A DNA stretch of 63,830 bases, the filler included, from Chiloscyllium plagiosum (lineage: Eukaryota), in the NCBI RefSeq assembly GCF_004010195.1. It is 5 parts of one record of this genome, joined end to end, with 100 filler letters (N's around TTAATTAATTAA, not from the genome) between each part and the next. Parts side by side here need not be neighbours in the genome. Positions count along the whole stretch, not along the records: positions 45,567 to 55,878 come from NC_057714.1; positions 55,979 to 61,846 come from NC_057714.1; 3 more parts are not named here. One strand, 5' to 3'. This document shows positions 48,649 through 61,946 of this stretch, piece after piece (positions within the stretch are counted from its first letter, which is position 1; every line of letters begins with the position of its first letter). A program made the position numbers and the translations under genes. The notes below the pieces were generated by a model, which was not told where the DNA came from, made no database searches, and saw only the letters and a program-made list of their open reading frames with translations.

Positions 48649-51099
48649 AGACATATTTAAATTTACGAGTGTCAGGGCCAGATTTTTACAGTTCCAATTT
48701 TCAGGCTCTTGGGTGAAAATGGATCAACTGGCTCCCCTTTCTTTATACATCTCGCCTTTCAGTCGGTGGAAATAATGTTTACTTACAAAGTATTCAATTT
48801 TTGTGGGTCCACTTATTTCAGAATGTGTTTTAAAAGGAATCAATTTATCCAGCCTTGTTTGAGTTGACAAAGGACTGAGTTCATTAGTTAATACACATGA
48901 GAAGAAATAAATGTGCAACACAAATGAGCAGTGAATCCAAAAAGTGATAAAGGTTAAAAGATAAACAGATCAATCTTTATGGATCATGTATAATGAAGAG
49001 ATAGTGAAAAGTTGATAGCTGAATAGTTGATTTCAGGGTTCTTAGCTTTTAAGCTTCACTGAAATTCATTTGTCCTGTTTCCTTTTGATGGTATTGGTTG
49101 GCAGCACTCAGAGCAAAAGAAACCTCCTTTTGTCCCGTGTCCTTTGGATTGACTTGTTAGCCATATGGCTTCTACCACTCAGAGTGAGAGGCAGTCATTT
49201 CCCTGAAATGCAGGGGGTCCAGTAAAATGGCTTTTTGACTACAACAGTCACAGCACATTAGTGCTCAAACCCAGGCTAGTACATACAAGTATCTCAGCTC
49301 ATTAGCACACATTTTTTCATCAATATTCACAAATCAGAGTTGAATTGGCTTTTAACCCCTGTTCCTTTGTATTTTTCAAAGGGGATGATGCAAAACATGT
49401 CTCTTGTCTAGACTGTTGTTTTATCTCCCATCAAATTCACAGTTTGAGATAATTCCCAAGAGATCACAGTTCACATTGCACATGCAAGTCTATCCCTTTG
49501 AAGTTTCCTTTGTACCTCATCAGACTTGACATTCCAAGCTATCACTCCTCTCCAGTAAGCGACTCCATTTATATTTGCAGTTGTCATTATGCTATATATC
49601 GATTGGTGATCTGAGGTTATGATCTGTGGTCATGACACACTGCACTTGCTGATAAGAACAACATTCGTATGATTAATCACCAGCGCAATCCTAAAACACA
49701 TTTGAAAGTTCCTACCTGTTGGCAGATAGGCTCCCTAAAACTAATCGTGTGGAAGTTTGAATAAACATGATTTCCATCTTTTAAGATTTCTCAATAGGTT
49801 ACTTTGGAGATTTGCAAACATTACAATGAATTTCTACAACTGCTACTTGTCCTAACAAAACAAAACAAAACAAATGCTCTGGAAGACACAAAGTATGCAA
49901 AATTGCCATTCAATTTTATTCATCACAATTTCAATTTGGCTTCTTGTTGCCAAAGGAGTTGCAGATTCACTGTTAAATACACAGTAAAACAGGTAGCATC
50001 TCAACTGCTTGCCATTGGACTGCACTGCACATGCTCTTAATTTTAGTCTAACAGAGATCCAATATGATTGCAATTATTGTGTATGCGCCTCCCACCATTT
50101 TTACCGTGGTGATTTGTGTGGTGTGCTTATACCTGTTCTTGAGGGGTGGCACACATGTTTTTAATTATTTTAATCAGGTTTCTACAGTATAGTAATAGAG
50201 CCAAACTCAAATTTAATTGTTACCCATTAGATTTCTAAGGGCTCAAGAAACCTTGAAATAAAGTAGAGAGAAGCAGAAGTCAAGTATTTTTTTAGAGCAT
50301 TGCTTGTGTGCTCTTAGCTAGTGCACTAAGCAAGCCTCATGCTGACTGTGGACTGTGGACTGTTCTCACTGTTGCCATCTGTCAAACTCATCAGGACCCA
50401 AGATCCCAAGCCTTCTGCTCTATAATCTATAGACTTTACCTCCTTCCTCACTTAAACCTGTGAACTTACTCAATTGTGAAGTCCATCCATAACATCAAAC
50501 GTCAATATCCTTGGGACATCTGGATTTCCCCAGTGCTGCCTTCTTCCCCCAACAAATAAAGAGGTTCTCATCTAATTTGATATTCCAGGATAGAAGCAGT
50601 TCTAGTACTGTTTACAAATGAAGCTTTTGGAGTTAGGTATTGATAGAACCTGAGAAATATGAAAAAAATGTCTATTTTGTTCAAGATAATGGTGTCTCTT
50701 GTAGACAACAACAATATTTGAAAGTTTAATAAGAAATAGATCCTGCCTCAGTGTTAACTTCTATGTTGGCTTTTGAAAAATATAAATATATCTCATGATT
50801 TTATTGCTATGAACACAATAATTATAACATTGATCAATTTAATTTTGTAAGCCAAGTAATGACTCTTGAGAATTTACTGTTGTCTTCTGATTTCAAGTGG
50901 GCTAATTTTACAAATGTAGTTAAAAAGGTTTGAAAACATTAATTGGGCAACACTTTGGGTCAGGGCTATTGATGGTCAAGAGAAATTAGTACATCATTTT
51001 AAAACAAAAAGAAGCCAAGTGTTTGAAAATCACATACATCATAACAACAGTCAGATATATACAAAAGCAAATTAAACTTACCAAGAACACATCGAAAGA

Positions 51100-51406
51100 T
51101 AGAATCCTGACAGTGTAGATAGAGGCCCTTCAGCCCATACTGACTCTCTAAAGAGCATCCCACCTAGACCCAGCACTCCACCCTATCCCCAATAACCCTG
51201 CATTCCCATGACTAATCCACATAGCCTGTATCTTTCTGGACACTAGAGACAATTTAGCATGGGCAATCTTCCGACTATGAGAGGAAACCAGAGCACCCAG
51301 TGGAAATCCACACAGTCACAGAGAGAATGTGCACACACCACAGACAAGTCACCCATGGCTGGAATTGAACCCGGGTCCCTCAGCTAACCAATGAGCTACC
51401 ATGCCA
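51100..51406 (-). mobile_element. HE1-like SINE, diverged
   Basis: Homologous to 2270-2569. Confidence 0.75.
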
Positions 51407-53379
51407 TCTTAATGACTTTGGAATATGGTAGAATATATATAAGCCACAGGAGAATAGAGTCTAGTATTATGGGTTATTAAGATAAATTAAAACAGTTATC
51501 AAAGCAGCTTAGCGGCCAATGGAGAATAAGATAAGAGATATTTGTTGTGGCACTGGTAAAAGTTTTTTAGAAGTCCAAGCACTAATAAAGATTATATAAA
51601 GCTATGAAGTATGCCTAAGGATAGATCAAAATTGACTACTACAGTTAGAAAGGTAAAGTAGCTATTTTCCTATCAGACTATCGGGCTGCTCTCCCAATAG
51701 AGAGAGACAACTGGCAGTGGTTTACCCTAAGGATCATCATGCCTCAGGCAAGGAGAAAGGTTAAGAAGGAGCTTCCTTCATGGTAACCTCAGCCAGCGCA
51801 GGAAATGAAGCCGAACTGTTGGCAGCACACTGCATTACAAACCAGCTGTCCAGCCAGTTGAGGTAATCAAATCCTGTTCTGAAAGTGAGGCAACAATGTG
51901 AAGTGATTATTTTGGATCAGTCTTTATTCCTGTAGACAATGTTCAACTGTCCAAAAATGAATTGCACAGTAGACAAGAAAATAGTGTTTTTAAATTAGCT
52001 GAGAATATAGTTTAAAATAGAATAAGGAACCTTGCAATAGATTGTGCGCCATATCTAGAAGACCTGAGGGTGATTAAAAAGGTCGGACCTATGCTTTCAG
52101 TTCCCTTGCCCTGTCCTTTAATAGCTCATTAGTATCTGGCATTGTTTCCTTGGATTGTAAGGAGAATGTCATGTAGTTCATATTTTCAAAAAAGATGACA
52201 AGTGAGATCCAGCTAATTATAAACCCATTAGGCTAATATCAGTTACAGGTAAAATGCCTGAAGAGACAAGAGATGTTTTTTTATGAGAGAGAAGGAAGCA
52301 GTAAAGATATTCATTATGAGTTCTGGAAAAGAAAGTCATGTCCTACTAATTTGATTTTTTTTTGAGAAAGGTTAATGGATGAAAGTATCCCAGGAGATAT
52401 TGTCTACAATGATTTTCAGAAAGCCTTTAAAAATGAACTCACAATAGATTACATTATGAACCAGAATCATGTGGTATCAGTAGAACTTTGCTGCCATGAA
52501 TTAAGAATTGGGTCCATTACTGCGTCCAGCAAGTTAATTAACCTCTGACTAGATCTGCCCGCAGGCCAGTTACTACAAATATCCTACAGGAAGTGGATTA
52601 GGATAATTGTATTTTTAGAAGTGACTTAGACATGGATGATGTGCAATTACTTGTTCTCCTGGTGTTATGATTATGCAAGGGAATAAATTTTTATAAGCAG
52701 ATGTAGATATGCTGGAGGAATTGGCATTTCTTTGAGAAAAATGTGTGATTTTGCGAATATAGTTTGGGTGAGAAGGAGCTCTCGGGGTCCGAAGATAGAG
52801 TCTAAGCTGAAATATCAATTCATGATAGCTGCCATTTTGATAAAGGAATTCAAACTTGCAGTAGGACCAGCTGCCCATTTAATCATTAAGTAGCTAAGTT
52901 TCACTCAAATTGTATGATTGTGGTCAGTAAAGAGGCTGCACTGTATTCTGCTGCCTAGCACTTGACCTAATTTCTTGCCTAATACTGACCAGCTAGTTGG
53001 GAGTAAAACTGGCACCGAACAGGATTTTGAGTGTTAATTGAAGGTATTTCACTATTATCTGTTCAAACGCTGCTGGACATTTGAAGAGATCTTTTAACAC
53101 AGACCAGGAGACTTCCTGGAACATTTTATTGAGATTTTATGAGTACTTTGTCAGCATTCTGGAAGTTATCTGAGGACTTCACCTAAAACAAAAGAATGGT
53201 GGGACACCTTCCTGGACTCCTGAGAACTAACAGTGTGCTTCATCATTTGCATCTGCTTGGAAAGGTCTCTGAGCCGAAAGGAGGATATGGGACCAGACAA
53301 AACAGCATCGGAAAGGAATGACAGGATGGTGAGGCAGACACCATCTAATTGCACGTAAAGGGCACTCCTCTCCTCTGGA

Positions 53380-53491
53380 GGGCTCTTGCCCAAAAAGTTG
53401 ATTCTCCTGCTCCCTGGATGCTGCCTGGCCTGCTGTGCTTTTCCAGCATCCCTCTCTCGACTCTGATCTCCAGCATTTGCAGTCCTCACTT
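53380..53491 (+). mobile_element. PLE-A 3' fragment (another at 54205-54351)
   Basis: CTCCTGCTCCCTGGATGCTGCCTG...CTGATCTCCAGCAT.TGCAGTCCTCACTTT. Confidence 0.7.
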
Positions 53492-55784
53492 TGCTCCACT
53501 TCTACCAGGCTGCTCAGTACTGCGACTGAGAGCCCATAAGCCAATCTAAACCCTGCCAGTGTGTAGCAACAGACACACTGAATACCTTCAGTGGCCATAA
53601 GTGCATGGAGACCATATGTACTACTTAGGAAAATCCTGCTTTGCTAAACTAGTAGGTGTTTGGTTTAGTATGTTCGCGCAATTTATGGTGACCGGCAATT
53701 AGACTCAAAATTGGATGATAAAATCAATTTTAAACAGGCGTGTCTTATGAGTGCAAAATCCATTTAGCATGCAAAATAAAAGTATTTCAGATGCTGGAAA
53801 TCTGAACTACAAACAGAAAGTGCTGGAGAAACTTAGCAGTTCTGGCAGCATCTGAGTGAAACAAGGTTAATATTTCAAATTGGATATCACTCTTCAGAGA
53901 CCACTTATCATTTGTTCTACTCCTTGACAAAATGTTTTCTCCTTAATATTTGACCTTGATAAGTTTACCATTATGTATTTGGGTCCCAAGAATGCATATA
54001 TATTCCATAGAACAGAATTGAAATCAATGAAAAAATTCTGGTATCTTAGTTCTGTGAAATGTTGTATTGTGAGATATTGGAGTCAAAAACAGAACCATGG
54101 TTTTATGAATGAATGAATGAATGAATCCGTGTTTTAGTAAATAACGGATTAGTAAAAGGTTATAATGAATGAACAGGAACCTGGTATTAATGTATATATC
54201 AAGCCCTCCAAGGAGCTGGAGAGTTGACATTTCAGGCATAAGCCCTTCATCGTTGACTCTCCTGCTTCTTGGATGCTGCCTGACTTGCTGTGCTTTTCCA
54301 GCGCCACACTTTTCGACTCTGATCTCCAGCATCTGCAGTCCTCACTTTCTCCGAGTTGTTGTGAGATATTGTGTTATAGATTGTCTTTATAACCCACCAA
54401 TCTCCATGTACAGCGCATCATCCGCCGTCACTTCCGCCACCTCCAAATAGATTGTCTTTATAACTCACTCATCAGCTTGCTATATTCATTAATACTAGGT
54501 TCCAGTTCATTCATTCATAACCTTTTACTCACTCGTTATTTACTATAACATGGATTCATTCTTCCATAAAACCGTGATTCTGTACTATATTTTACTGTCA
54601 TAAGATAGACCAAGTTTTTGAACAACTCTTTCTAATCAAAACAACCCTTTCAAACCCATTACTGCATTTTTACACATCGCCCGCCCTTCCTACAAGCTGT
54701 GTTTACCTCTGAATAAGTGCAGCATACTGAAAAATACCATCCCCATCAAGTCTCCACGAAACATTATAATATTAATCTGACCGTACCAACCATCTACTGG
54801 ACCTGAATAGATTCCCCAATTAGTATGCACCCTATTAAATACCTTTTAACTGAGCCATTATCCCTTTAAGAAACCAACTGACAGAACAGTGCTTCCATGA
54901 AATTGCATGAATGAATGAAACTCAAACTGCCAAATAGGAAACAAATCTCACAACCCAGCTGCCATAATCGGTTTAAAATCCTTTACTCTTTTATTAAGTA
55001 TTGGTACAATTTACTAACTTAAACAACAAAAAGACTAACACCTCTTAATCATGCAAGCAGACTGGACAGACACTCTTAATCACATCAGAAGTAGTAGCCA
55101 GTATTTAGCACGTTTTAACCCATCTCCTGTCTCCCAGGACAGAAGCCCTTCAAACCTTTGTGTATGAGAGACACAACAACATAACGCCACAGTAATAAGA
55201 ACTGTGTGTAAAGAGGTTCTCGTAAGAACAGTATTTTGGGATCCTATTACCACCTTGAATTTGTGGTGTCATTGCTGAATAAAAGAGGCTATTTTCACCA
55301 CTCACTGATTCTGGTTGTTATTTGAACACAATCCGACAGTTCACAGCTTCATGACCACTGCTGAGTAGCTGTAGCTAAGCAAGAAGGGCTCTGCATTTTA
55401 TGATCGGAACTATTCAATATAAAAGAAAGCACATTATTTTGTCCTTGTATGAGATCTTGGTGAGACCAGATTTAGAATAATGTGTCTTGTTGTCCCCTTC
55501 TTGTACGATTAATACTACAATGGCTACAGAAAACCTTTCATAAGAAGTCTGCAAGGACAATTTCAGGTTTTAAAAACCTTGCTAATTCAGAGAAACCTAA
55601 AGTGCTTAGCAAAGTGGATTCTAAAATTGAAGAATTGTATTAATATTTGTAAATTATTTTACTTTTAAAAAATCATACATTAATAGAACAGAATAGGTAC
55701 AGAATGCCAACTGGCCATTTGACCCATTGTGTCTGCACTCGCTTGATGCATAAGCAACACAGCTAGTCCCACATAGATTAAGGA

Positions 55785-55878
55785 ACACACACTCACACAC
55801 TCTCACACACTCCCACACACACACTCACACACTCTCACACACTCTCACACACTCTCACACACTCTCTCACACACTCTC
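55785..55878. repeat. (CACACTCT)n-type microsatellite
   Basis: Direct inspection; runs into a gap. Confidence 0.9.
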
Positions 55879-56059
55879 NNNNNNNNNNNNNNNNNNNNNN
55901 NNNNNNNNNNNNNNNNNNNNNNTTAATTAATTAANNNNNNNNNNNNNNNNNNNNNNNNNNNNNNNNNNNNNNNNNNNNACCTATCACCTTCATCCCCTCC
56001 CCCACTCAACTATTGTACTCTATGCTACTTTCTCCCCATCCCCACCCTCCTCTCATTTA

Positions 56060-58740
56060 CTGCTCATCATATGTAAGAACCCCGGCGCTGTCTCTAACTG
56101 CAGTAATGGATTGGGGAGCACACTTTTTCCTAGTCAGATACGCTAAATACTTCCCTGGCCTATCCCCATGCTCAAACAGCCTTTGTCTAGCAAAAGCAGT
56201 TTGTGTAAGTATTGAATTCAAGCCAGCCCGGAGGGCAGTGATCCACTGTAGCTGAGTTACCGAAGGCCGCACAAAATGTGCCGCCTCGGCGGCTTTCAAC
56301 CACGCCTCAAGTAGATGCTGCTGTTCCTCCTTCTGTCATTTCCGGCTAGCCGAATAGGAAATAGCTAATCCCCTAGCAGTTAGCAGTTTCCCATAGCATA
56401 GACGGACTACTAGCCATGCCTAAGTTGATAGTCAAGAACTCTTGAAACCCCTTCAAAAAGTATTCCACAAATTTGGAATCATTAAGGACAAAAGGATCCA
56501 GATGTCAGTGCCGCAAACCTAGCCCCTCACTCTTGGCCTTAACCTCCAAATATACCACCGCGCGATCAGAGGTAGCTATGTTCCCAATTTTACAACCCAT
56601 ATTCAAATCCAGAAGGGTCGAGAGAGCCGGAAAAAAGATCAATCCTCATATGACATTTATGTGGGTTTGAAAAAAAAGGTGAAGTCCCTGCCAGTAGGAT
56701 GAAGACATCTCCCAAATGTCCACAGCCCCAACTCCTCGCATAAGTCAACCACCTGCTTGGCCTGCAGTAGAAGTAATTGGAGGCCCACTAGGCATCCTGT
56801 CCACAGTCAAATCCAAAAGGCACTCAATTTAGAAAAGGCACCAACCAATAATTTGAGGCGATGCGTTGGAGGACAGTAGACATTTAAAATGTCATATTCC
56901 TCCCCATGTATCAGGGCCTTAAATATCACAAACCGCCCCTGCTAATCTTTCACCTGCTCTAATATTGTGAGCACAAGATTTTTCTGGATAAGTATAGCCA
57001 CATCCCTGCTTTTAGTAGTAAAGGATGAAAACAATACCCTGTCATAACCTCGCTGTTGTAGCTTCAGGTGTTCCCATTCATCAAATGGGTTTCCTGCAGC
57101 AGAGTGATGTCAACCCTTTCCCTCTTCAGGCTAGAAAACACTTTTTTCCTTTTAACAGGTGAATGACTTCCCTTGATGTTCCAGGTGCACTATTTAACCA
57201 CTTAGGCGTATTCCCTTTCAGAAATCCTTGAACCCTGGGAAGGAGAACCCTGCTTACAATGTGCTGAGCACAAGTAAATAAAGACTCATAGAGTTGACGA
57301 ATTATGTATACAAAGACTAATCTATCATTACTACAAACAACTATTGCTACCAAAAAACTACAAAGAAAACCAACTATGAAACCTTGAATGGGAGACTCCC
57401 CACCCTGCCCATCCCCTCTTGCACAGCTCCTTCAGGCCCGGACTATGCTCCAGCCTTAAGCAAAATAAAACTAAACAATGAGATGATCCTTAAGTCAACA
57501 AAAAAAAAGACCAAGTCAGGCTAAGCACTCCGCCCATCCCTGGTTCCATGTCACCCCACTTGTGACCAAAAGAGAAAGAGAACAAAAAAAGGGAGACAGC
57601 AAAGGACATCCACAACAATTCCCATGATCAAATCCAGTTATAAAAATATAACAGGAACAACATTTTCCAAGATTTTTCAAAAAAATTATTAGGAAAAGAG
57701 AAAGAAAAAAAAGGGGGGTAGAAGGGGAAAATACAGAGAAAGAAGGAATGGGGATGAATATTAACCATATTCTTTGGACCAGTCAGTCTATTTTAAAGTG
57801 TCTACAGAGTTCTTAGCTTTGTCCGCTGAGTCAAACGTATAAACTGAGTCTTCGTGGCTGAAACGGGGCACTGTGTGGTACCTCATGGAATACTGGATGC
57901 CCAGCTTCCTCAGCCTCTTTTTAACTTCATTGAAGGACTTCCTCTTTCGAATTAAAGCTGCCAAGAAATCCTGGAAAAACATGATTTTTGACCCCTTGTG
58001 TAGCAGTGCCAGCGGGTATTTTTCCCAGTAATCTAAAGGCTTCTATCACTTTTTGCATGTCCTTGTATGAGTGGAAGTGCACTAGGACTGGGCAGGGGTG
58101 CTGTACCAGCCCAGTGGTGTATTGCACTGCGATCCAATAGGCCTTTTCAATCTGCAGCTGGCTGGACTTGATTTGAAGGCCCAGGAACTGCGGCAGCCAG
58201 TTTTCAAAGAAGCTGACTGGCTACCCACCTCCTTCACCCTCTGGGAGCCCGACAATCTGAAGATTTGACCTCTGATCTTGACTTTCGAGGTCCTCGACCT
58301 GATCTTGCAAGGCCCGCACCTCCCGCTTCAGTACATGGATCTGACTGGATGAGAACTCGATTGCCACTTCAGAGACCGGGGTTCGACCCTCCATGTCCTC
58401 CATCTGCTCCTGAGGCCCTGGAGCTGCCATTCATGCTTCTGCAGCATGGACGCGATGTGTTAGGCCTGGGCACGGATCTCCTCATAGATCTCCTTAATCG
58501 CAGCCCCAACCTTCGAGATTTGGAGATGCCGGTGTTGGACTGGGGTGTACAAAGTTAAAAATCACACACCAGGTTATAGTGCAACAGGTTTAATTGGAAG
58601 CACTGTGGTTGATGATGAAGGAGTAGCGCTCCGAAAGCTAGTGCTTCCATTAAACCTGTTGGACTATAACCTGGTGTTGTGTGATTTCCAACCTTCGAGG
58701 CAAGTCTCGCCATCGCTCCCGTCAATTCCTGTGAGTTCAG
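56060..58740 (-). mobile_element. Second, older L1-clade LINE fragment (ORF1 + ORF2 endonuclease region)
   Basis: QVEDLESQDQRSNLQIVGLPEG, MFFQDFLAALIRKRKSF, ARQRLFEHGDRPGKYLAY. Confidence 0.85.
58518..58687. mobile_element. Palindromic PLE-B insert with 12-bp flanking duplication
   Basis: CCAACCTTCGAG at 58506-58517 and 58688-58699, with inverted arms between. Confidence 0.75.
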
Positions 58741-59272
58741 GAAAATTTGCAGTGTGATGTAACTGAAATTATACATTGAAAAATTGATTGTCTGTTAAGC
58801 CTTTCATCTGTTAGAATACAGTGATAATTTCACTTCTTTCATGTGTAAATCACAAAAGCTTTTTTTTTAAAGTTGCATTTTCAGGTTAGCTTTTAACAAT
58901 GGTGATAGCTAGACAATATGTTGAAGGTGTTGGCCCCCTGTATTCTCTGTCTACACCATGATATTTCGATTGATTCTAATCTAAAAAGTGAGATAATAGA
59001 GTTTTACATAAATTCATGCAGTTTTTGAGCTCACTGTATTCTAACAGATGAAAGGCTTAAGAGACAATCAATTTTTCAATGTATAATTTCAGTTACATCA
59101 CACTGTAAAGTTTTGCTATAAATTCTGTGTTACGATCGAGCCCTCCACGACCACCTGATGAAGGAGCGTTGCTCCGAAAGCTAGTGTGCTTCCAATTAAA
59201 CATGTTGGACTATAACTTGGTGATGTGTGATTTTTAACTTTGTACACCCCAGTCCAACACTGGCATCTCCGA
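58741..59272 (+). mobile_element. PLE-B 3' region with 75-bp fold-back
   Basis: Arms at 58750-58824 and 59031-59105. Terminal block ...TTTGTACACCCCAGTCCAACACTGGCATCTCC. Confidence 0.7.
59152..59186 (+). ncRNA. Minimal type-I hammerhead ribozyme motif (PLE family B)
   Basis: CAC-CTGATGA-A-GGAGC-GTT-GCTCC-GAAA-GC-TA-GTG: stem I CAC/GTG, stem II GGAGC/GCTCC, palindromic AGCT stem III. Confidence 0.75.
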
Positions 59273-59416
59273 ATCATAAAAACAACCAGGAAGTGCTGAA
59301 GAAACTCAGCAGTTCTGGCAGAATCTAAGGAGAGAGAAACAGGATTAATGTTACGAGTCCAATATGATTCTTGTTTGAAACCTGATTTTTGATGGCATAC
59401 ACCTGCACCACATCAG

Positions 59417-59582
59417 AGAAAGTGAGGACTGCAGATGCTGGGGATCAGAGTCGTGAGTGTGGTGCTGGAAAAGCACAGCAGGTCAGGCAGCATCCGAGGA
59501 GCAAGAGAATTGATGTTCCGGGCATTCCTGTTGAAGGGCTTATACCCAAAACGTCGATTTGTGATTTTCCAGCACCACACTC
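59417..59582. mobile_element. Degenerate palindromic PLE-A insert
   Basis: Same terminal block with a short inverted arm. Confidence 0.65.
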
Positions 59583-59639
59583 TTGCACCTTGACCACATA
59601 GAATCAATTACTCTATTTTAAGAGTACTTTCAGCAATCA

Positions 59640-60730
59640 TTTGATTTTGAGCAATGTTCTGCCGACCTTCTCCCTTTCAGAAGATTATCATTTCATTCTC
59701 TTCTACTGAAAGGTCATTTCAGATAATACAGTTACATTCACTCTGAGGCATAGTTCGAAATGAATTGGATTTATGATCTGACTTATATTTGATTCTGATG
59801 AGTGACCCATTGTCCCCAAGAATGGTTAAGTCACATCTTCGAAAGGTGGTATCTCATCATGGAATGAAATGTATTCTAAAGAAGATTTATCTTCAAAATC
59901 TAGGGTTCCTTTCAATTCCATTGCATTCCATTAGCTATGTCTCATTTGTGCAAGGAAGCATTACAAGTTCTGTGGCTCAAAGATTATTTTTGAATTCTTC
60001 ACAGTCTCAGGCAATGTTCTCCTTCCTTACATAAGTGTAATGAAACTGGACACTAATTCTGTTAGTGTGTCATTTTTATACTCTATATTTGGAACCATGG
60101 ATTCCAGCATCAGATAATTTAAAGTCATTTTATATTCTCCTATTATGTGATACTTTGGTGCTTTTGTATCTTACACAACTGATAGAGTCCAATGATTTTC
60201 TTTAGCTGTGTTGGCTTTCCATCATTCTCTTTTGCTGATTTTAGATTTCAGCATCTATTACCATCTGGATAAATTGCTCCTGTATGAGATTTTTTTTTGA
60301 CTGTGACATATCTGAAAAAATTGTATCAGAAATTCCAACTTTGTCTTGAATTAGCTTTTATCATAAATCTCTATAATCTCAAAATTTTGACAATGTGTAA
60401 AGATCATTAATAAAGTTGTCACTGATTCTCCAAAAGTTGTATTCTTCTATTAAATCTTGCTGTCATAATTGGTCATTAACAAAAAGTAATTTTCAAATGC
60501 TCTTATAATATTGCCGAAGGTATCCTTTTCTTACATTCTGTTGTCTTAAAACATGATTGGCTGTTAGACCTTTGGCATAAAGCGATGTATTCACTTGATT
60601 TCCTCTGAGCTTCTTTTGCAGTAGTTAAAGCAATCCTTTATCTCATGAATTTTCTTTCCCCAGGTAGTCCAGATTAATTCCACATCTGAAGTATCTGTGG
60701 TCTTAAGTCTGGAGGTCTAACATCTTTCTC
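59640..60730 (-). mobile_element. Highly decayed Ty3/Gypsy gag(-protease) remnant
   Basis: Manual minus-strand translation across frameshifts: KRKFMR*RIA...QVNTSLYAKG...DTFGNIIRAFENYF...ARFNRRIQ...ESV.NFINDLYTL...LIQDKVGISD, resembling the recalled Gypsy gag signature ARFNRR.Q..GESV..FI.DL. Confidence 0.7.
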
Positions 60731-61608
60731 CACTGTCAATTTCTTTACCAGTGTAACTTCTCTTGTTTAAATGATTTACTTCAAAGATATTGAAGAATTT
60801 TACAATATTTTATGTGGATGTAGCTGATTCTGCTGTTTGATATTCCAAATTGTAAAATACTTCAATTGTTTTGAATGCTGAATCATGTACACCAAATAAA
60901 TGTTGTAATTTTTAAAAGTATTAGTTAATAAAAATAAATTGGTAATAAAGCTATGTTGTTTCTATGATTTTTAAAAAAGTTCTGTCTTATTTTTCTTTTC
61001 AGACTTTTAAAAATTTCTGTTAATTATGGTTGACAATATTGTAAATATTTTGGAATTTTTCACCTATTTTTGATGAAAAGATATTTTCAAATATTGGAAT
61101 ATTATTCAATGTTTAAAATGATGGAATTCTGTATTTTTAAAATCTTTTCCAAGATGGAAGAGAGGACTGTTAATTTGTGACATTTTATTACTTCCTGGGG
61201 GTTTGGCACCCATTTTAACAATACTTAAGTTTTATGCCTTTTCTGTTCAGCTTCCATGATATTTTGCCATTTTAAGTTGAGAAAATAGTGCTGTGCTGTT
61301 TTTTTCACCAGTAAGATTATTTTCAGTTGCATGACAAAAATGTATTTTCCCACTCTAAAACAAATGTTATTAATAAACATTTCCTATGCCTTTGACTTTT
61401 TAACTTTAATTAGTCGTAGTATATTGCCAATTTAATATTTGTCTCATTGAGTGCAGCAAAGATTACTTTTCAGTTTTTCCCAACAATATTAAATGATTTT
61501 AATGCTTATTTATTACATACAATATCCTTCTTTTCAGTTTTAACCTAAATATTTTCCTTAAATATAACAGCTTCTACCCTTCTCTTGAGGGACTAATCTT
61601 TATTTGGA

Positions 61609-61790
61609 TGATTCTGGATCAGTGGTGCTGGAAGAGCACAGCAATTCAGGCAGCATCCGAGGACAGGCAAAATCGACGTTTCGGGCAAAAGCCCTTCATC
61701 AGGAATAAAGGCAGAGAGCCTGAAGCGTGGAGAGATAAGCTAGAGGAGGGTGGGGGTGGGGATAGAGTAGCATAGAGTATAATAGGTCAG
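61609..61790 (-). mobile_element. PLE-A 3' end with intact hammerhead motif
   Basis: Minus strand: ATTC-CTGATGA-A-GGGC-TTTT-GCCC-GAAA-CGTC-GATT (about 61671-61706). Confidence 0.8.
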
Positions 61791-61946
61791 TACGCCCTCC
61801 ACCTCCTCCAAACACCACCCACGCCCTCCACCTCCTCCAAGACTTCNNNNNNNNNNNNNNNNNNNNNNNNNNNNNNNNNNNNNNNNNNNNTTAATTAATT
61901 AANNNNNNNNNNNNNNNNNNNNNNNNNNNNNNNNNNNNNNNNNNNN

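Noticed and set aside
48650..51090. TE-poor stretch that might hold exons or enhancers
   Set aside because: No convincing exon or motif is visible; it cannot be assessed without conservation data.
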